In this document: positions 27,373 through 37,265 of the stretch, piece by piece
Numbering within the stretch: the first letter of the stretch is position 1
How the letters are laid out: each line of letters begins with the position of its first letter
Translations under genes and position numbers: made by a program
From: Candidatus Peregrinibacteria bacterium
GTDB lineage: Bacteria > Patescibacteriota > Gracilibacteria > UBA1369 > LOWO2-01-FULL-3
DNA length: 63,716 nucleotides
Reading direction: 5' to 3'
NCBI GenBank assembly: GCA_016206505.1
Contig: JACQRJ010000027.1
Location: forward strand, 1 to 63,716
Notes under the pieces: model-generated
Database searches by the model: none
What the model saw: only the letters and a program-made list of their open reading frames with translations
Told to the model about the DNA's origin: nothing

Positions 27373-27398
27373 CAAAAAAACTCCTTTTCCAAGGAGTT
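27373..27398 (-). terminator. Rho-independent terminator of rpsT
   Basis: Minus strand: ACTCCTT-GGAA-AAGGAGT followed by TTTTTTT. Confidence 0.6.
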
Positions 27399-27431
27399 AA
27401 ATTTTACATTTTTTACGCCGCTTTGCTATAT

Positions 27432-27716
27432 TTATGCCACTTTCTCACCCTTCCCGCCCATAGCACTCAACGCCAAAGCCAATCTGCTCTTTTTCCGGGC
27501 CGCATTATTTCTATGAATAATATTCTTTTTGCAGGCCGTATCAATAGTGGAATAAACTTGAGGCAGAAGTTTTGTCGCTTCCTCTAGCTTTCCGTCTTTT
27601 ATAAACGTCAATTCTTTCTTGATCATTGTTTTCAATTTACTGCGCACGGACAGATTGCGGCTTTTCTTCACCGCGCTCTGCTTCATTCTCTTTTTTGCTG
27701 ACTTGATTACTGGCAT
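27432..27716 (-). CDS. rpsT: 30S ribosomal protein S20
   Basis: MPVIKSAKKRMKQSAVKKSRNLSVRSKLKT is a typical S20 N-terminus. Confidence 0.9.
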   Translation of the reverse strand: MPVIKSAKKRMKQSAVKKSRNLSVRSKLKTMIKKELTFIKDGKLEEATKLLPQVYSTIDTACKKNIIHRNNAARKKSRLALALSAMGGKGEKVA

Positions 27717-27784
27717 TTTTTAAAACTTAGGATAATATGCTTGCCGATTCTATTGTAGAGGCACTTTAAAGTCAACAAATAAAT

Positions 27785-28471
27785 ATGCAAAAACAGATCA
27801 TTTTAGCTTCATCAAGCCCTCGTCGCAAAGAATTGCTCGAGCAGATAGGCCTCAAATTCATCATCCACCCCTCGGAATTTGAGGAAAAACTTCAGCTCGA
27901 CGATAAGGAGAAAACACCCAAAGAATTGGCCATATACAATGCACTCGGCAAAGCTCAAAAAATCGCCCGTCACTACAAAAATGCTTTGATTATCGGCGTA
28001 GATACTATTGTCGCATTTCAAAATCACATCATCGGAAAGCCAAAAGACCGCGAAGATGCCGCCAGAATCCTAAGACTTCTCAGCAATACGACTCACCAGG
28101 TTATTACCGGCATCAGTATTTTCGATTCCGATAGAAACCGTGCTCTAAATGGCGTAGAAATTACCGATGTCACTATGGATCGCCTCGAAGAAAAAGACAT
28201 CATGCGTTACATCGCTTCTGGAGAAGGTGAGGACAAAGCCGCCGGCTACGCTATCCAGGGCATGGGCTCGCTCTTCGTCAAAAAAATCGATGGTGATTAT
28301 TTCAATGTCGTCGGCCTGCCGATTCATCATTTATATAAGCTTCTGTATAAGCAGTGGTCCGGTTATAAATTTTATGAAAAAAATTTCAATAATCTAATTA
28401 ATCCTGTACTTTCCAGAAACTGCTTTCCCATTCCCGAAATAGATGAAAAAGCTTTGGCTACACCCAAATAA
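27785..28471 (+). CDS. maf: Maf-like nucleoside triphosphate pyrophosphatase
   Basis: ILASSSPRRKELLEQIGL, GVDTIV, AGGYAIQG motifs. A ~35-aa C-terminal extension overlaps the convergent gene by 100 nt. Confidence 0.85.
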   Translation: MQKQIILASSSPRRKELLEQIGLKFIIHPSEFEEKLQLDDKEKTPKELAIYNALGKAQKIARHYKNALIIGVDTIVAFQNHIIGKPKDREDAARILRLLSNTTHQVITGISIFDSDRNRALNGVEITDVTMDRLEEKDIMRYIASGEGEDKAAGYAIQGMGSLFVKKIDGDYFNVVGLPIHHLYKLLYKQWSGYKFYEKNFNNLINPVLSRNCFPIPEIDEKALATPK

Positions 28472-29211
28472 TCCAAATGTCCTCCTTTAAAAAGAATTTC
28501 TCTGTCTTCCAAAGGCACCGATTCATCATCAATAATTCTATGCAGATGTCCATGCAATCTTTCCCTGTTTGATTTCAGACTCAATTCAACCAGCCTATCA
28601 GCAGCATGCCGCAAATCTCTCTCCTGCGAACGCCGATAATCCGCTTTTACCGCCTCTATCTGTTCTCTCTCTTCGGGATCGGGAGAAGGTTCATCCCTGG
28701 TTGGGCCAGACTCGAAACCCTCCCGATATTGCCGACCACAATGCCACATAAAGGCTGACCTTCCTAAGCAATAGCGATTATCCGCCTTTAAAAATAAGTC
28801 CGCCGCCGCACTTGCTGCATTGCCGCTCACATACGCGTCGACAATTCCACCGTTTGATTTTACAAAATTCAAAAGTCTTGAATATGGTGCAAACTTCAAA
28901 GAAAATCCTCCGAAACTATTCAACAAAATTGATAGTCTCAAACGCCCTTCCAAAATGACTTTGGCGACCTCTGGCCCGACAACTTGAACCAGATCGGTTT
29001 CGGCTTCCCGTCTTCTTCTCTCCGCATAATCAAAAAAACATGTCGGCACATCCCCGAGAGGAATATGTTTCACGGCAGAACCACATTCGACAAAATCACC
29101 ACTGCCATCCCCATCTTTCCCCTCTTTGTACACATAGATTCTCCCATCCTCCTCCTCATGCATGTCACCAACGTTTAAAATCAAATTTCCTTCCATCAAA
29201 TTTCCTTCCAT
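28372..29211 (-). CDS. ClpP/SDH-like serine protease family protein (tentative)
   Basis: LLNSFGGFS, SGNAASAAADLFL and FMWH resemble the ClpP-fold oxyanion, Ser and His regions. Arg-rich composition. 15-nt duplication at the start codon. Confidence 0.45.
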   Translation of the reverse strand: MEGNLMEGNLILNVGDMHEEEDGRIYVYKEGKDGDGSGDFVECGSAVKHIPLGDVPTCFFDYAERRRREAETDLVQVVGPEVAKVILEGRLRLSILLNSFGGFSLKFAPYSRLLNFVKSNGGIVDAYVSGNAASAAADLFLKADNRYCLGRSAFMWHCGRQYREGFESGPTRDEPSPDPEEREQIEAVKADYRRSQERDLRHAADRLVELSLKSNRERLHGHLHRIIDDESVPLEDREILFKGGHLDYLGVAKAFSSISGMGKQFLESTGLIRLLKFFS

Positions 29212-29337
29212 ATGAATTAACTTAAATGTGCCTCATGATACATCACTTCGGTGAGATGTCAATGTGCGGCCATTGACAAAACGCAGAATGTGTGATATGG
29301 TAATCGGCTTTTAATCCCTAGTTTAACCAATATTCTT

Positions 29338-31335
29338 ATGCATACGACATTCAGTTTGACACTTGTTGCTGTGCTGTTTTCTCTCTTATTGCCGATTTCT
29401 ACAGCAAGCGCCTCAAATTATGCTGAAATCACTTCGCATAATATCTATGCGGATTCCAGAGGCAATTTTGACATCCAATATTGCCTGAATACTGAAGCTT
29501 ACGTCACCGTGGGCATTTATCGTGCAACAGGCACAAATACTTCGGATAACGTGTCAATTTTGGATAATTATGCGTACAAAAATTCTGGTTGTTATACTTC
29601 AACTTGGAATAGAGGAAATATGTCCCTAAATCAGCTTTTTTACGGCATTACTACAGTAGCTACAGGATCAAATGCCGGTTCGGACTATGTTTCCAACTGG
29701 CTGCCTGTAGATACAAGTTCCGGCAACAATTCTAACAATAACGACAGCAATAACGATTCAACCGGCAACTACGGCAAATCAAAAAATCTGAAATTTCTTG
29801 ATTTCGAAGTGGAAAATCGCACTTTCAACCCTGAAGACGGCCAAAAAGGTCGCATAACATTTGTCACAACCGCAGACTCCTATGTCACTTTTGAGATCTA
29901 CGACAAAGACGATGAGGAAGAAGTCATCAAAACTGTTGTGGATAACGAATTTTATAGCGCAGGGCAGTATACGGTGAAATGGGATGGCGGCAATTATTAC
30001 AACAATACGGTTAGCGCCGGCGAATACAAATTTCGCCTAAAAGCCAAATATGGCGACCAAAATGTAACTGAAACAGGCTATTTTACGGTTCAGAAAGGTA
30101 TCTATACCGATTCAACAGAGGATCCTCGCCTGAAAAACACTTATGCGACCAAGGAAAGCTTTGATCCAGGCCGCAACGAAACAACAAGCATCGTTTTCAC
30201 CCTCACTTCCGAGGCTGATGTCACCATCACTATTCAGGACAAACATGGTGACAATATTGCGACAATCTATGACAAAAATAACCGTTCAAAAGGCACTTAT
30301 GCAGCTGAGTGGAACGGATCTGAAGTGATGGAACGTGAAGGTGTTTATACGTACAAAATCGTCGCAAAAAATTCTTCGGGCCAGGATACCCAAACAGGCA
30401 CCATCGAAATTGCCGATGATTTTAAAGATCAGAAAAAGCCAAACATCACCAAGGACAAAGTTGATGAAATCCCTTTCAAGCCGAAATTCAACGATTTGCA
30501 TTTCTCTTTCAGCCTTGATCGTGATGCCGATGTCACAATCGAAATCCGCGACGGCGGAAATGTGATTGCCACCACTATCAGAGAAAAAAGTGTAAATGAA
30601 GGGCACGAAAGCCTTGGATGGGATGGCCGTGATGATAATGGCAATTATATAGCCAATGGCGTTTACCAGTACAAAATCATTGCCGAAAACTACAGCGGCA
30701 AAGATGTGGAAATCGGAAATTTCTCTGTAGAGGAGACTTCCGGCGCAAAACGCTTATACGACAATTGCGGCTCATTTGATGACGTGGATTCAAATTACAA
30801 ATATTGCGATGCTATTGCCTGGGCGCAAAGCGAAGGAATATTTGGCGGATACAACGATGGCACTTTCCGTCCAAACAATGCGATTAATCGCGTTGAAGCG
30901 CTTAAAGTCATCCTTGAAGCTATGGATGTAAATCTTCTCGATGCCTATGGGCAGCACCTGGGGTTTTACGATACCAATCCAAACACCTGGTACGCGCCAT
31001 ATTTAAAAACCGCTACCAGCCTGGGAATTGTAAATGGTTATAAAGACGGTACTTTTCGCCCGAATATAACCATCTCCCGCATCGAAGCATTGAAGATGAT
31101 CCTTGAAACCGGACGTGTGAAACACAACATCATTATCCCAACAAACGTTTACGGTCAGCCATATTATGACACGCCAAACACCGGTGCCAGCAAGTGGTAT
31201 CTGTCTTATGTGTACTTCGCAAAAGAATTCAATCTCAGTGATAATGAATTTTATTTCTACCCTCAATCAAACATGACACGTGGTGAAATGGCCGACATGC
31301 TCTATCGCTACCACATGAATGTAACTCAATATTGA
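29338..31335 (+). CDS. Secreted surface protein with FlgD-Ig-like repeats and three C-terminal SLH domains (paralogue of 14008-17085)
   Basis: Signal peptide ending TASA. Modules FNPEDGQKGRITF...WDGGNY, FDPGRNETTSIVF...WNGSE and others. SLH-like AIAWAQSEGIFGGYNDGTFRPNNAINRVEALKVILEA, repeated. Confidence 0.85.
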   Translation: MHTTFSLTLVAVLFSLLLPISTASASNYAEITSHNIYADSRGNFDIQYCLNTEAYVTVGIYRATGTNTSDNVSILDNYAYKNSGCYTSTWNRGNMSLNQLFYGITTVATGSNAGSDYVSNWLPVDTSSGNNSNNNDSNNDSTGNYGKSKNLKFLDFEVENRTFNPEDGQKGRITFVTTADSYVTFEIYDKDDEEEVIKTVVDNEFYSAGQYTVKWDGGNYYNNTVSAGEYKFRLKAKYGDQNVTETGYFTVQKGIYTDSTEDPRLKNTYATKESFDPGRNETTSIVFTLTSEADVTITIQDKHGDNIATIYDKNNRSKGTYAAEWNGSEVMEREGVYTYKIVAKNSSGQDTQTGTIEIADDFKDQKKPNITKDKVDEIPFKPKFNDLHFSFSLDRDADVTIEIRDGGNVIATTIREKSVNEGHESLGWDGRDDNGNYIANGVYQYKIIAENYSGKDVEIGNFSVEETSGAKRLYDNCGSFDDVDSNYKYCDAIAWAQSEGIFGGYNDGTFRPNNAINRVEALKVILEAMDVNLLDAYGQHLGFYDTNPNTWYAPYLKTATSLGIVNGYKDGTFRPNITISRIEALKMILETGRVKHNIIIPTNVYGQPYYDTPNTGASKWYLSYVYFAKEFNLSDNEFYFYPQSNMTRGEMADMLYRYHMNVTQY

Positions 31336-31337
31336 CA

Positions 31338-31362
31338 GAAAAAAGTGCTTTTGCACTTTTTT
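31338..31362 (+). terminator. Rho-independent terminator (first of two)
   Basis: AAAAGTGC-TTTT-GCACTTTTTT. Confidence 0.5.
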
Positions 31363-31392
31363 CCTTCCGAAAACAAATTTAAGTATGGTTCA

Positions 31393-31425
31393 GAAGCCCC
31401 CACCGTCGTGGGGGCTTCTTCTTTT
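31393..31425 (+). terminator. Rho-independent terminator (second, stronger)
   Basis: GAAGCCCCCA-CCGTCG-TGGGGGCTTC followed by TTCTTTT. Confidence 0.7.
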
Positions 31426-31535
31426 AAGAAAGTATCACCGGTGACGCTTTTGTTTTTTAAAACTCTTGTGAAATTTCGCTGCGTCTTATACGATAAAAAA
31501 GTTCCTAAAAAATCTTTTTTTTAACCCTCAAAAAT

Positions 31536-31868
31536 ATGTTCAAAGCTTTAAAATCACTTATTGCAGGTTTGGCAGCCGGCACTGCACTTGGCATTCTTTT
31601 TTCACCAAAAAAAGGCGAAGAAATTCGCAAAAATATCAAAAACGAAGTCAAGAGTGGCGGCAGCGGATTATCAACAGTCAAGGACACTCTTGTCTCCATG
31701 GGCAAAGACATCGGAGACACTTGCAAAGATTGCTATGAAGATGTGAAAAAAACCGAAGAATTCAAACAGGGAAAAGAGGGATTGAAAAAAGCGTACAAAA
31801 AACATGTGCCCGCAAAAACCCGTGATAAAGTTCAGAAAATCATCAAAAGAATAAAGAAGAACAAATAA
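31536..31868 (+). CDS. YtxH-like protein
   Basis: N-terminal LIAGLAAGTALGILFSPKKGEEIRKNIK is typical of the YtxH domain; charged helical remainder. Confidence 0.7.
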   Translation: MFKALKSLIAGLAAGTALGILFSPKKGEEIRKNIKNEVKSGGSGLSTVKDTLVSMGKDIGDTCKDCYEDVKKTEEFKQGKEGLKKAYKKHVPAKTRDKVQKIIKRIKKNK

Positions 31869-31880
31869 AGCCATCAGGAA

Positions 31881-32885
31881 ATGCTGAAAAACGATAAATC
31901 ACGCGAAATTGCCAAGTCGCTTAAGCATCCCAAAAAGTCCGATCTCGCCCTTCTAGGACCCAAAAATACTTTTTCCGATCTCGCCGCCGCCGACATCAAA
32001 ATGCCAAAATACTACGCCAGGGACATCGAAGAAGTTTTTTCAGTTGTGGAGCAGGGGAGAGTCAACAAGGGGCTTGTACCGATTGAAAATAAATTGCAGG
32101 GCTCGGTGCGCGAAACTATGGATGCGCTTTTTACAAGCAAAGTGCATATTACAAATGAAATTCGTCTGCCGATTCATCACTGTTTAATTACGCATAAGCA
32201 CACAAAAAAGGAAGATATACGAAAAGTTATTTCGCATTATCAGGCGCTGGGCCAGTGCAAAAAATATCTCAGGAGAAATTTTCCTAAAGCCGAAATCCAA
32301 ACAACGACATCAACTGCCGCCGCTATTGAAAAATTAAATTCGGCAAATAATCATATTGCCGTCATCGCTCCGGAAATCGCTGCAACGAGCGGTGAAAGTG
32401 CGCAAAATAACCATCTGAAAATCTTCGCCAAAAACATCGAAGACTCAAAGGACAACGAAACTATTTTTGTTGTTATTGAGAAAGGGGAGCTGGATTTTGC
32501 CGACACAATGACTCAATCGAAAAGTCAAATATTTTCCTGGGAAAAATATCCCCGGGGACACTTTCTCACAGATATTATGGCTTCCCAAAGTGCGTCTTCC
32601 AAAACCGCTGCACTGCCGCAAAGTACTACCGCTGTCATTCCCAAAACCTCCATCGCCTTTTATTTCTCCCATGACAAATCGGGCTCCCTTTTCACGATTT
32701 TCAAGATTTTCAAGGATGCCAAAATCAACATGACAAAAGTCGAATCCCGTCCAACCCAAGTCAAATTCGGCCAGTACATTTTCTACCTGGACTTTGAAGG
32801 CCATATTTCAGAGCCCAAAATTCAAAAAGCCTTAAGTCAGATCGCAACAAGCGTCGCAAAACTCAAAATCCTCGGCAGCTATTAG
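31881..32885 (+). CDS. pheA: Prephenate dehydratase with a C-terminal ACT domain
   Basis: LALLGPKNTFSDLAA start of the PDT domain. ACT region with the TKVESRPT motif. About 50 aa of low-complexity linker between the domains. Confidence 0.8.
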   Translation: MLKNDKSREIAKSLKHPKKSDLALLGPKNTFSDLAAADIKMPKYYARDIEEVFSVVEQGRVNKGLVPIENKLQGSVRETMDALFTSKVHITNEIRLPIHHCLITHKHTKKEDIRKVISHYQALGQCKKYLRRNFPKAEIQTTTSTAAAIEKLNSANNHIAVIAPEIAATSGESAQNNHLKIFAKNIEDSKDNETIFVVIEKGELDFADTMTQSKSQIFSWEKYPRGHFLTDIMASQSASSKTAALPQSTTAVIPKTSIAFYFSHDKSGSLFTIFKIFKDAKINMTKVESRPTQVKFGQYIFYLDFEGHISEPKIQKALSQIATSVAKLKILGSY

Positions 32886-33433
32886 TAAAGAGTTTTTTGA
32901 CACACATCCTTCATTTTTTCCGCTAATAAATCAAATCTGTCATAGCCGGTAACTAGGTTGAAGTGACCGGCACCTTTCACAAAAATCAGATCGGTATTCA
33001 AATTTCGCACCAACTCATCGCCTTTCTCAAGGCCGAAATAGGGATCATTATCAGAATGAAAAACGTAAAATGCGGGACAATTGGCTCTGATTTTTCCCCA
33101 GTCAAAAGGCCGACAAAAGCTCGCAACCGTGGGATCAACGGGATTATCCACAAAACCGGCAACAAAAAAAGCCGCCCTTACAGGCGTCTTCTCAAGAATA
33201 TTAAGCAGAAAAGGCGCTCCAAGACTGTGACCAACAACTATCGAATCTGGCGTTACAAATTCTTTGTATTCCTCAAAAACATCCATCCATCCTCCAAGCG
33301 TTTGATTTTCCGGCGTCGGAAATTTCGGCGCAAAAACTTTGTGCCCCAATTTCTCCATCTCCGTTTTGAGCCATGGAAACCAATTGCCATCGGGAGTGTT
33401 TTCTTTGCCGTGGACTATGAGGATATTTGGCAT
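32882..33433 (-). CDS. YdeN/RBBP9-type alpha/beta serine hydrolase
   Basis: ILIVHGKENTPDGNWFPWLK and the nucleophile elbow VGHSLGAP; ~180 aa, the typical size. Confidence 0.7.
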   Translation of the reverse strand: MPNILIVHGKENTPDGNWFPWLKTEMEKLGHKVFAPKFPTPENQTLGGWMDVFEEYKEFVTPDSIVVGHSLGAPFLLNILEKTPVRAAFFVAGFVDNPVDPTVASFCRPFDWGKIRANCPAFYVFHSDNDPYFGLEKGDELVRNLNTDLIFVKGAGHFNLVTGYDRFDLLAEKMKDVCQKTLY

Positions 33434-33507
33434 GATAGTGGAATTTTACCTTTTTATTCTAGCAAACCGGCAACTTTTCAAATCCTTCAGGCTCGCTTCT
33501 GACGCAT

Positions 33508-33738
33508 TTACGCATGTTTTCTTAGTTTTTCGTATTCTTCAATCGATAACTGAACGTCGCTTAAAATTTTCCTAAGCAGTCCCTTACTCAGCTCTCGATT
33601 GTGGATTGGTACCACAGTTGTTCTTCCGTCTCTATGTTTGAAAAAAACATGTGAACCCTGAGCATCTCTCTCGGAAAATCCAAGAAGCATCAACATTTTT
33701 ATCAGTTTTTTTGGCTTGATGGGTATGAGTTTAGGCAT
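33508..33738 (-). CDS. hicA: HicA toxin
   Basis: LGFSERDAQGSHVFFKHRDGRTTVVPIHNRELSKGLLRKIL matches the HicA pattern. Overlaps hicB by 8 nt. Confidence 0.8.
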   Translation of the reverse strand: MPKLIPIKPKKLIKMLMLLGFSERDAQGSHVFFKHRDGRTTVVPIHNRELSKGLLRKILSDVQLSIEEYEKLRKHA

Positions 33739-34006
33739 TGGAAAGCTCTAGATTTTGAATGCCAATGAATTTTGTTTTCAAAATTTCTTTCTTGTTCACA
33801 TTGCGAAGGCATAGCTCTAAAACTTCGGAAAGATTTTTTAGCATCAAAGCCTGTGTTTTTCCTTCTGCGTGGCAGCTTGGTACGGCCGGAATCGAGCCGA
33901 TGAACATGCCATCCTCATCCTGTTCTATGTAAACTGTAAATTTTGACGGTTTTATGATAAGAATTTTAAACAGCCACATTTTATCAATGAATGAGAAATA
34001 AGGCAA
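33731..34006 (-). CDS. hicB: HicB-like antitoxin (UPF0150)
   Basis: FTVYIEQDEDGMFIGSIPAVPSCHAEGKTQALMLKNLSEVLELCL matches the HicB N-domain. The start may be an internal Met. Confidence 0.7.
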   Translation of the reverse strand: MPYFSFIDKMWLFKILIIKPSKFTVYIEQDEDGMFIGSIPAVPSCHAEGKTQALMLKNLSEVLELCLRNVNKKEILKTKFIGIQNLELSNA

Positions 34007-34070
34007 ACTGGCTATCCTTAGGCAATTTTCCCATAGATGAGGACTGTTTTTGATGTAATAGCTTTTACGT

Positions 34071-34322
34071 CTATTTGTAAATCAGCTTCAAAATAAACAA
34101 GCTTATCGTTATCAGCAATTCAATGCTTGCAAAAATAAACAACGGAACGATGTTATTCAATATCGCGTAAGATATCCAGAGTGCCAGCCCAATCATCAAA
34201 ATCAAAGTATAGGCAATCGAAATATCCTTTGTAGATTTGGTTCTGAATGACTTAATTACTTGAGGCAGTAGGGATGTCGTCACGAGTGCGCCACCCAAGA
34301 AACCAAGTATTTCCACTGTCAT
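34071..34322 (-). CDS. SemiSWEET (PQ-loop) transporter
   Basis: 83 aa, 3 TM, PQ motif LLPQVIKSFRTKSTKDIS. Confidence 0.75.
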   Translation of the reverse strand: MTVEILGFLGGALVTTSLLPQVIKSFRTKSTKDISIAYTLILMIGLALWISYAILNNIVPLFIFASIELLITISLFILKLIYK

Positions 34323-34354
34323 AATTTTTACATATTAAAATATATCCGAACTCT

Positions 34355-35722
34355 TCACCCTCTAAGTCCCTCCATCATCTTCACCCTCTTCTCGATCAAC
34401 TCCGCAGTTCCGATGTCGTGACGGTGAAAAACCGGCCCGGAAATACTGCAAGCCCCTTCCTCGGCGATTTTTTCCGCCTCGGAAATACTGTCCGCAATTC
34501 CAACGCAATTAACCGCCCGCGAACCGCACAAATATAAGCCATCTTCGCGTTGATCCACAGAGGCATAATAAATTCTAAAAGCATTCACTGGAATGCTTTT
34601 ATCCCCGGGGACACTTTTAGAATCCGCACCGGCACCCTCCCCGCCGCCCACCAAAATCTTTTCCCCCTTCACCGGATCATCCGGATAACCGTTTGGCACG
34701 AGATATTTGCAAACCGTCGCTTTGCGCTCAAACTCAAGCGGCAAATCGGCCAAAGTCCCATTGATAATCGCCTCGCAAACATCTACGAAATCCGTCTTCA
34801 GCAAAGGCAAAACATTCATCACTTCAGGATCGCCGAAACGCGCATTATATTCAATCAACTTCACACCATCTTTTGTCGCCATAAAACCGCCATACATCAC
34901 GCCTTTGAACTCAGTGCCTGTTTCCTCAAAAAGAGCCTTCGCAACATTTCGCGTAATCTCCGCCGCCTCAAGAACATCTGAAGATCTCAAAAACGGCAAA
35001 GAATGATCTGCATCGCTATACGAGCCCATCCCTCCCGTGTTTCCACCTTTGTCGCCATCAAAAGCTCTTTTGTGATCCTGCACCGCCGGCATTTCACAGG
35101 TAAAATTTCCATCGCAAAAACTCATCAACGAAAACTCTTGACCGATCAGTTTTTCCTCCACAACAACTCGTCCATCCTCCCTCAAACATTCAAGCGCAAA
35201 TTCCAATCCCTCTGCCTTTCCATTGAGATGATCTCCTGAAACTTTCACACCTTTTCCGCCCTTAAGTCCGTCCGCTTTCACCACAAAATCATCTCCCAAT
35301 TCCTCAAAAAATTCTTTCAATCCTTCTTCACTGTCAAAAGAACGAAAGCGGGCATTTCCGGCAATCCCATATTTCGAAAGCAATTCCCTTGTAAAACCCT
35401 TCGACGATTCCAGCCGCCCCACGGTAGCAAGTGGCGAAGCGCTTTTGAAACCAGCCTCAAGCAAACCATCAACAACCCCCGCCGCAATCGGCGCTTCCGG
35501 CCCAACCACGGCAAAATCAACGCCGCATTTGCGCGCAAATTCAACAATCGCCGCAACATCACAAACATCAGCTATCAAATAATCCTTTGCCAAAGCACTC
35601 AAACCCGGATTTTTCGCTCCCCCCACAACAAAAATCTCAACCTCATGCCGACTTCGCATAAAAGTCTCAGCAATAACATGTTCCCGCGCACCACTACCAA
35701 TTATCAGGACTTTTTTAGCCAT
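34355..35722 (-). CDS. purD: Phosphoribosylamine--glycine ligase
   Basis: KVLIIGSGAREHVIAE N-terminus; ATP-grasp core; IEYNARFGDPE. Confidence 0.9.
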   Translation of the reverse strand: MAKKVLIIGSGAREHVIAETFMRSRHEVEIFVVGGAKNPGLSALAKDYLIADVCDVAAIVEFARKCGVDFAVVGPEAPIAAGVVDGLLEAGFKSASPLATVGRLESSKGFTRELLSKYGIAGNARFRSFDSEEGLKEFFEELGDDFVVKADGLKGGKGVKVSGDHLNGKAEGLEFALECLREDGRVVVEEKLIGQEFSLMSFCDGNFTCEMPAVQDHKRAFDGDKGGNTGGMGSYSDADHSLPFLRSSDVLEAAEITRNVAKALFEETGTEFKGVMYGGFMATKDGVKLIEYNARFGDPEVMNVLPLLKTDFVDVCEAIINGTLADLPLEFERKATVCKYLVPNGYPDDPVKGEKILVGGGEGAGADSKSVPGDKSIPVNAFRIYYASVDQREDGLYLCGSRAVNCVGIADSISEAEKIAEEGACSISGPVFHRHDIGTAELIEKRVKMMEGLRG

Positions 35723-35730
35723 ACAAAAAT

Positions 35731-37260
35731 TCAGATTAAGTCCAATTGCGCACCGCCTCCACCGTTTTCCTCGTCAAACGGATCACCAAAACCATCACAA
35801 CCGCCGCAATCCCGCTCCTGTTTTCTCATATCCGACTGCCTCTTTATCACCTGAGGCGTCACATCGCCCGTCTTGTAAACACCGTCAAAACAGGACATAT
35901 CAAAATCTTTGATCTTTGGATTTCCCTCACTGCAGGAATCAGCCATATCTTTTATATCCCCGTAAAAAAGCCGATCACATCCCAGCATCTTGCCAATCTC
36001 TTCAACCGATTTTCCCACAGCGATCAGTTCATCGGTAGTCGGAATATCGATACCATAAAAGTTCGGATAACATATCGGCGGCGCATAAGAAGCAAAATAA
36101 ATTTTCGCAGCACCGGCGGCTTTCACCATTTCAATGATTTTTTTCGACGTATTTCCCCGCACAATACTGTCATCCACAAGCAAAATTTTCTTTCCTTTGA
36201 TCAAAAGTGGAATGGTATTCAGCTTATATTTGATAGATTTTTTGCGAACTTTTTGGCCCGGCATAATAAAAGTGCGCCCGATATAACGATTTTTAATCAG
36301 CCCCTCGCTGTAGGGGACACCAAAAACCTCCGCCATCGCCAGAGCCGCTGTACGACTGCTATCCGGCACCGGCATCACCACATCGATATCAAGCTTTAAT
36401 TTTTTAATTTTCTTCGCCAGCTTGCTGCCCATACGCTCGCGAGCCTTGTGAACGGAAATCCCATTAATCACAGTGTCCGGCCTGGCAAAGTAGACATATT
36501 CAAAAACGCACGGAGTTTCTTTTCTTTTTTTAATGACTTTTCTATGAACTTTTCGCATTTTTTCATCGATGAAAATCGCTTCACCGGCTCCCACATCGGA
36601 AATAAATTCAAATCCAAGAATATCCAGAGTCACCGATTCGGAAGCAAAAATATATTCCGTATCCAGCCCGTTTAAACGCTTACCAAAAACAAGAGGGCGG
36701 ATACCGTTTGGATCGCGAAAAGCCACCATCCCCTGACGCGCGATATAGGCTACAACGCTGTACGCTCCTCTTGATCTCGCAAATACACTTTCGACTGCTT
36801 TAAAAATATGCTCCGGCTTCAAACCGTCCTGATCCTGCCTGGTCAAAGCTTTGCTGAACAAATTCAACAAAACTTCACCATCACTGTCGGAATTAACCAT
36901 CCGGTGATCTTTTTCGAAAAGTTCTTTTTTAAGTTCCGCCGAATTGAACAAATTACCGTTATGAGCCAGCGTCACACCAAAAGGGGCAGGCCCGAGATAG
37001 GGCTGAATTTCTTCAATTGCACCAGTTCCAATCGTCGCATATCTTGTATGACCTACGGCCGCATAACCGGTCAAAAGTCGCATGTGCCTATTGTGAAACA
37101 CGTCTCTCACCAAACCGAAATCCTTGCGCCAATGAAATTTTGCACCATCAAAAGTATAAATTCCGGCCGCATCCTGACCGCGATGCTGCAAAGTAATCAG
37201 TGCATCGTAGGTTTCCTGGGCGACAGGCTGATGTCCGTAAATTCCAACTAGGCCACACAT
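35731..37260 (-). CDS. purF: Amidophosphoribosyltransferase
   Basis: MCGLVGIYG Ntn start; LAHNGNL; PRTase motif LVDDSIVRGNTS. Confidence 0.9.
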   Translation of the reverse strand: MCGLVGIYGHQPVAQETYDALITLQHRGQDAAGIYTFDGAKFHWRKDFGLVRDVFHNRHMRLLTGYAAVGHTRYATIGTGAIEEIQPYLGPAPFGVTLAHNGNLFNSAELKKELFEKDHRMVNSDSDGEVLLNLFSKALTRQDQDGLKPEHIFKAVESVFARSRGAYSVVAYIARQGMVAFRDPNGIRPLVFGKRLNGLDTEYIFASESVTLDILGFEFISDVGAGEAIFIDEKMRKVHRKVIKKRKETPCVFEYVYFARPDTVINGISVHKARERMGSKLAKKIKKLKLDIDVVMPVPDSSRTAALAMAEVFGVPYSEGLIKNRYIGRTFIMPGQKVRKKSIKYKLNTIPLLIKGKKILLVDDSIVRGNTSKKIIEMVKAAGAAKIYFASYAPPICYPNFYGIDIPTTDELIAVGKSVEEIGKMLGCDRLFYGDIKDMADSCSEGNPKIKDFDMSCFDGVYKTGDVTPQVIKRQSDMRKQERDCGGCDGFGDPFDEENGGGGAQLDLI

Positions 37261-37265
37261 AGGCT

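Noticed and set aside
32541-32570. Recurring word TCCCCGGGGACAC at 32552 (pheA), 34605 (purD, opposite strand) and 41222
   Set aside because: Only the 41222 copy forms a complete palindrome with flanking A/T runs, and it is annotated as a terminator. The two coding copies lack extended similarity and are probably coincidental.
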